Part shown: positions 59,794-64,000 of the stretch, in pieces
Numbering within the stretch: position 1 is the first letter of the stretch
How the letters are laid out: each line of letters begins with the position of its first letter
Position numbers and translations under genes: made by a program
Origin: Amoebophrya sp. A120
Lineage: Eukaryota > Protista > Dinoflagellata
NCBI GenBank assembly: GCA_905178155.1
Contig: CAJINV010000010.1
Location: forward strand, 456,074-520,073
Reading direction: 5' to 3'
Length of the DNA: 64,000 nucleotides
Notes under the pieces: generated by a model
Seen by the model: the letters and a program-made list of their open reading frames with translations, nothing else
What the model was told of the DNA's origin: nothing
The model's database searches: none

Positions 59794-60890
59794 TATCTTA
59801 GTCAAATTAAAACTGTCTACCTCTCTAGGCGACAAAAAATGCTATTGAGCACAACGAATCAGCAAAAATTGTGCTACTTAAGTGTAGAAGTGTTGGGCTG
59901 CACCTGCAAGCTGCACTCTCAACCTGATGTAGAAGTCAGAACACTAGGTCGTGGGGGCAAAACGAACTAGACAGCACACGACGGCAGATCGGTCAGACAA
60001 AAAGATCGCGTGGCCTCGTTTTTGAGCAGGCTTGTTGCGGGGACCCCTGGGCGATCTTCTGACTGCTCTTCGCAGTCTTTTGCTCATTTCGATTTTCTTC
60101 TTCAATCAGTGAAATTCTAGAAAGCACCTTCGTTGCTCTTATGCTGTTCATTGATCGCGTAAGTTTTCGATTTGAATTTGTACCTGCTGTCTTGGCAAGT
60201 CCAAGTGCTACTGTCCTCCGACGTTGGCAGGCACGTCTTGCATTCCTCCGAATTAATGCCTTCCCTTGGGCAGAATTTTGTTTAAACTACGAACTATGAT
60301 CTTCCAGTATGTAAATTGAAATTCTCGCCTGGCACTTTCTGCTTCCAAATGTTGTGTCCTCCTTTTTGATCATGGCCGTGGCATTTTTTTAAGTTGCTCC
60401 TGCACCCTAGAAGGATGGCCGGTGCGTAGTTTCGAAAATACTTGCGACAGCTCACCATCTACGCATACCACTACCTCCTTCTACGAGTTGTAGGCCTATT
60501 TCCACTATATCATACATTTTCAGACAAAAGAAACGTCAAATCCTCACGGAGTAATTGACTACTGGGCCTGCACGGTTCCCAATCACTGCTCGTGCCCCAA
60601 ACGAAACAGGCTTGCTTGCTTGCTAGCTTGCGACCGAAATAAGGCTTATAGACAACTATTTTTTAGTCAAATGCTTACCAAAACTTAAAATGCTTACCAA
60701 AACTTTTATTTCAAAACGTTTTTGTGCTCAGGGCGTCATCGAAATATTGAGTACACAAAACATACGTGAGTGCGGGGCATGTTCAGAGTTATTGAGTAGT
60801 ATATCAATAGCCCTTGCAGCGATCTGTGCTGCGTTCTTCGTACAGCCGGCGAAGCCTGGAGATTGAGGAGGCATTGAACGACAATAAATA

Positions 60891-62700
60891 TCACTCCGTA
60901 CACAGCTTGCCATCAAAAGCCTCTGAGATCACCAGGCTGAGCTTGTTCATCATTGGACTGCCTGTGATACTGCCGCAGACGAAAAGCTCCGGCGCATCGG
61001 GTAAAATGACTCTTCTGGTTTTCGCGAGGTAGATAGCATTCGCGGTGCGATCTGCCCAAGTATTCGGCTCCTCACCAGGAGCCGGCACGATCGTTCGATG
61101 CTGGCCCGAATCCGCGTCCCGTACGACAGCGTGCCATTGCCATTTTGTATCCCAGGCCAGCTTCTCTTTTGCCTCGTTCGACAGGTCGACACCAGGTCCT
61201 CCCGCTTCGACGAGTAGCCGGAAATGCGGGGTGGGCTTGGTGGCGATGCGACGGTCGTATGAATAGTAGGCTTTCGCTGCGGATGGTAGTAGATCGGCGC
61301 CCAAGCGAGGAGCCTGGACGTTGTAGCTTGATACGGTGTTAACGAGTGTGCGGTCTGTGGCCATTTCAGCGCTTTGCAGGTCCGGTCGCTTGAGAACCGC
61401 TTCCAGACGACGCAAAAAATACTGAAAGCTCTCATCCAAAGGGCCGACGTAGTCAGAAATGATCGATGTGGCAGCAATTCTTGTTCCCGTGGGTTGATGT
61501 TCCCCCCCGTTCTGAATAAACTGCTGCACCGAAGGAGTAATTGCGCCTGTAGTAGGAGTAGCAACGGATTGCTCAGAAGTCGTGGTCCGGTAGGACAGCA
61601 ACTGTATCAAATGCAAATATGTCTGGGTCTGGAAGAATGCAAACTTCTCATGCATATTTTCCATGCCCAATGAGGTTTGGAATGCAGGACCTAGCATGAC
61701 AGGCTCTGCGACGTCCCTATCATGCCTATCCTGCATGGCAAACTGCTTCTATCTAAACTTGTTCAAAACTGGACAGCTTTTGGTAGTCATGCAACACAAA
61801 TTTTTGTACGATCCAGACTTAGCATGACAAGTTCGCATCCTCCCAGACCCAGACATATTTGCAATGCATAAACTGCTGCGCGAAACCAAAAGCCATCGGG
61901 GGGACCGGCGTTGTACTACGGAACCGGCGACTCACGCTTCGAAGCGCGAGGAGGGGGCGCGGTGCATCTGAGTCGAGCATGAGCAGCTGAATGAAACGCT
62001 TCCGGGACTTTTCCATTAGATGGAGGGCGAATTTTTTTGCCGCCTCTTTGACGCGATCGGTCAAAAGATTTTCTTGCCCTTGTCTACGAGTAGAGGACGA
62101 CCGGCTTTCCCAGCTTTCTTCCGCGAGAAAAGCCGCCAACTCGGTTCGCATCTGCTCCGCCAGCGGCCCTCGTGCCCGGCCGGGGAGCACCAGGGGCCGA
62201 TACTCTTCCGGCGTCGCCACCCATTCCGGCGTCGCCCTGTCGTTCAACAAGGAATCGAAAACTTCGTGCAGGGGAGTGTTGTTGTTTTCCAAGTACGGAC
62301 AGACTCTATTTGTCCACGTGTCCTTGTATGGAGAAGTAAACACTGAACACCATCACTCGGTTGTATTGTAATTTTTGCATCTGAGGAACTTTTGAATGTT
62401 GAAGAGTCATGTTGCCGTGTATCTTAGCGATCTAGCATGCTGCATGCACATGCTCGTCCTTCTCGTATTCTGATTTATAATATAGCTGCTCCTGCCTGCA
62501 AATTGTACAAATTTGAAGTGGTTTGTTTACAACACGTAGTGATGGCGCTTCATTTGTTCCCGGGATACGTCTGGAATATCCATCCATGTAGTAGCGCTGC
62601 CAATCGACCGCTGCGTCGAGGCCTGCACCACAGCCAGGCATGTTGAGCCGGCAACGATACAGGCAAGTAACGGCAACCGCAGGAAACTTCTCGCCGACAT
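60891..62700 (-). CDS. Hypothetical protein with signal-peptide-like first exon (copy 2); 1 introner
   Basis: MSARSFLRLPLLACIVAGSTCLAVVQA; main frame 62343-60891 is continuous after removing 61605-61870 plus TSD (FAQQ|LLSYR, as in copy 1). The exon1-exon2 junction is not resolved. Confidence 0.65.
61605..61870. mobile_element. Introner family B, absent from the paralogous copy
   Basis: TIR; TSD aactg; empty site at 55473-55477. Confidence 0.97.
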
Positions 62701-64000
62701 TTTCTTGTGCAAGCAAATATCTTACTTAGTGAAATCGAAACTGTCGCTCTCTACCTCTCCAGGCGACAAAAAATGCTGTTGAAGACGAATCAGCAAAAAT
62801 TATACTACTTGAGTGTAGAGGTGTTGAGCTGCACCTGCAAGCTGCAAGAATCTCAGCCTGATGTAGAAGTACTAGCTCGAAGTTAGATAACAATTAAAGT
62901 TGAATTAGAAATAGAGGGGGGCACAATGAAATAGACAGCAGCAACACGACGAGGACAGCAGATCGGTCAGACAAAAAGATCGCGTGGCCTCGTTTTTGAG
63001 CAGGCTTGTTGCGGGGACCCTTGTGCGATCTTTTGACTGCTCTTCGCGGTCTTTTGCTTATTTCGATTTTCCTCTTCAATAGAAAACCCGTTCTGTTCGT
63101 TCTCATGCGGTTTGTTGATCAAGAACTTCTTCGCACTTTGGGAACTCAATGTTTATTCGCTTTGTTATGCAAAAAGGAGCTATACCCCGGAAAAGCAAAT
63201 GATCTGTATCTATTCATATTGCGAAAGTGAACAGATTCAGAATTAAGATCTTGAAGATCTTCCCAGATCCGAATGATGAAAAAAGTCGAAATAGAACGAA
63301 GCGATCGAGGGAACGACGTGGCGCAGCCAATTTTAGAAATGAGTCTTGATCAACATCTTTTGATCCGCAGCTAGGTAAGTAGCATGATCTGTTCACGCGC
63401 ATCAACCTCCTCCGGAAGATGGCGGCACTATGATCCTGGGCTCTTCAGACGTTGGTACGACACAGGCATCTTGCCTTGACATTCCATTTTCCAGATGCTC
63501 TGCTTGGTCATCTTCTGAGTTCTTTCCAATTCCCGTCTACTTCTCTCGTTCCCTTGGTTCTTGCAGGTACTCATCATGTGCAGTAAATTCTCGTCTGGCA
63601 CTTTCTGCTTCCAAATGTTGTGCCTTGCTTGTTGTTTTTGATCATGGCCGTGGCTTTTTTTTTAATTGCTCCTGCACCCTACGAGGATGGTCGGTGCGTA
63701 GTTTCGAAAATACTTGCGACAACTCATCTAAGCGTAGCACTACTTCTACGACTAATCCTATTTCCACTAATCATACATTTTCAGACAAAAGAAACGTCAA
63801 ATCTTTTCGTTGCGTTCCTTCCATCTGTTATCCTATGCGCCAAACCAACCCGAGTAACCCGTTGGACGGCGCCATTGGGGCTGGGTCGAGCGGGTCGAAC
63901 CCTCGCTCCCGCAGCAGGGAACGACCCACTCCACCACCAACACGTCTGTCCGGACGGACCGGCACGACGTGAGTGGCTACTCGGGAGGGTGGGTGGGACA

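Larger units (their letters stand above)
54138..63803. repeat. Tandem segmental duplication, ~2.9-3.2 kb unit, two copies plus the start of a third
   Basis: Block CTGGCACTTTCTGCTTCCAAATGTTG...TTTTGATCATGGCCGTGGC...GAAACGTCAAATC recurs at ~54185, ~60330 and ~63595. Confidence 0.92.

Noticed and set aside
1-64000. Dinoflagellate spliced-leader relic, tRNA or rRNA genes
   Set aside because: None seen by eye; a formal scan was not possible.

Overview
Eukaryotic protist DNA. All recognisable genes lie on the minus strand: a class IV sirtuin, a Cys-rich surface protein, a low-complexity protein, an NRS/ER-type rhamnose epimerase-reductase, two large paralogous secreted proteins, a WW-FH1-FH2 formin, an SLC35B1/HUT1-type nucleotide-sugar transporter and a tandemly duplicated secreted-protein gene. 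Their coding exons are interrupted by 57 hand-traced insertions from 5 multi-copy families plus 8 singletons. These run TAT...ATA (a few have variant ends), carry terminal inverted repeats (TIRs) and are flanked by a 5-bp target-site duplication (TSD). Removing each element plus one TSD copy restored the reading frame at the junctions I translated, without needing GT-AG. This matches the non-canonical 'introner' introns described in the parasitic dinoflagellate Amoebophrya, so that origin is inferred, not proven. Beyond that, the window shows: (i) a GCATNACAA motif shared by otherwise unrelated families; (ii) insertion in both orientations and only in exons; (iii) an in-window empty site proving the TSD; (iv) a 5.1-kb composite intron inside the formin FH2 domain; (v) two GC-rich 3.3-4.0 kb elements with shared ends (A|ATTA...hairpin-TCTTGTA|T) and no TSD, resembling non-autonomous rolling-circle transposons. 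No transposase, rRNA, tRNA or CRISPR array was recognised. Coordinates were read by eye and may be off by 1-2 nt.
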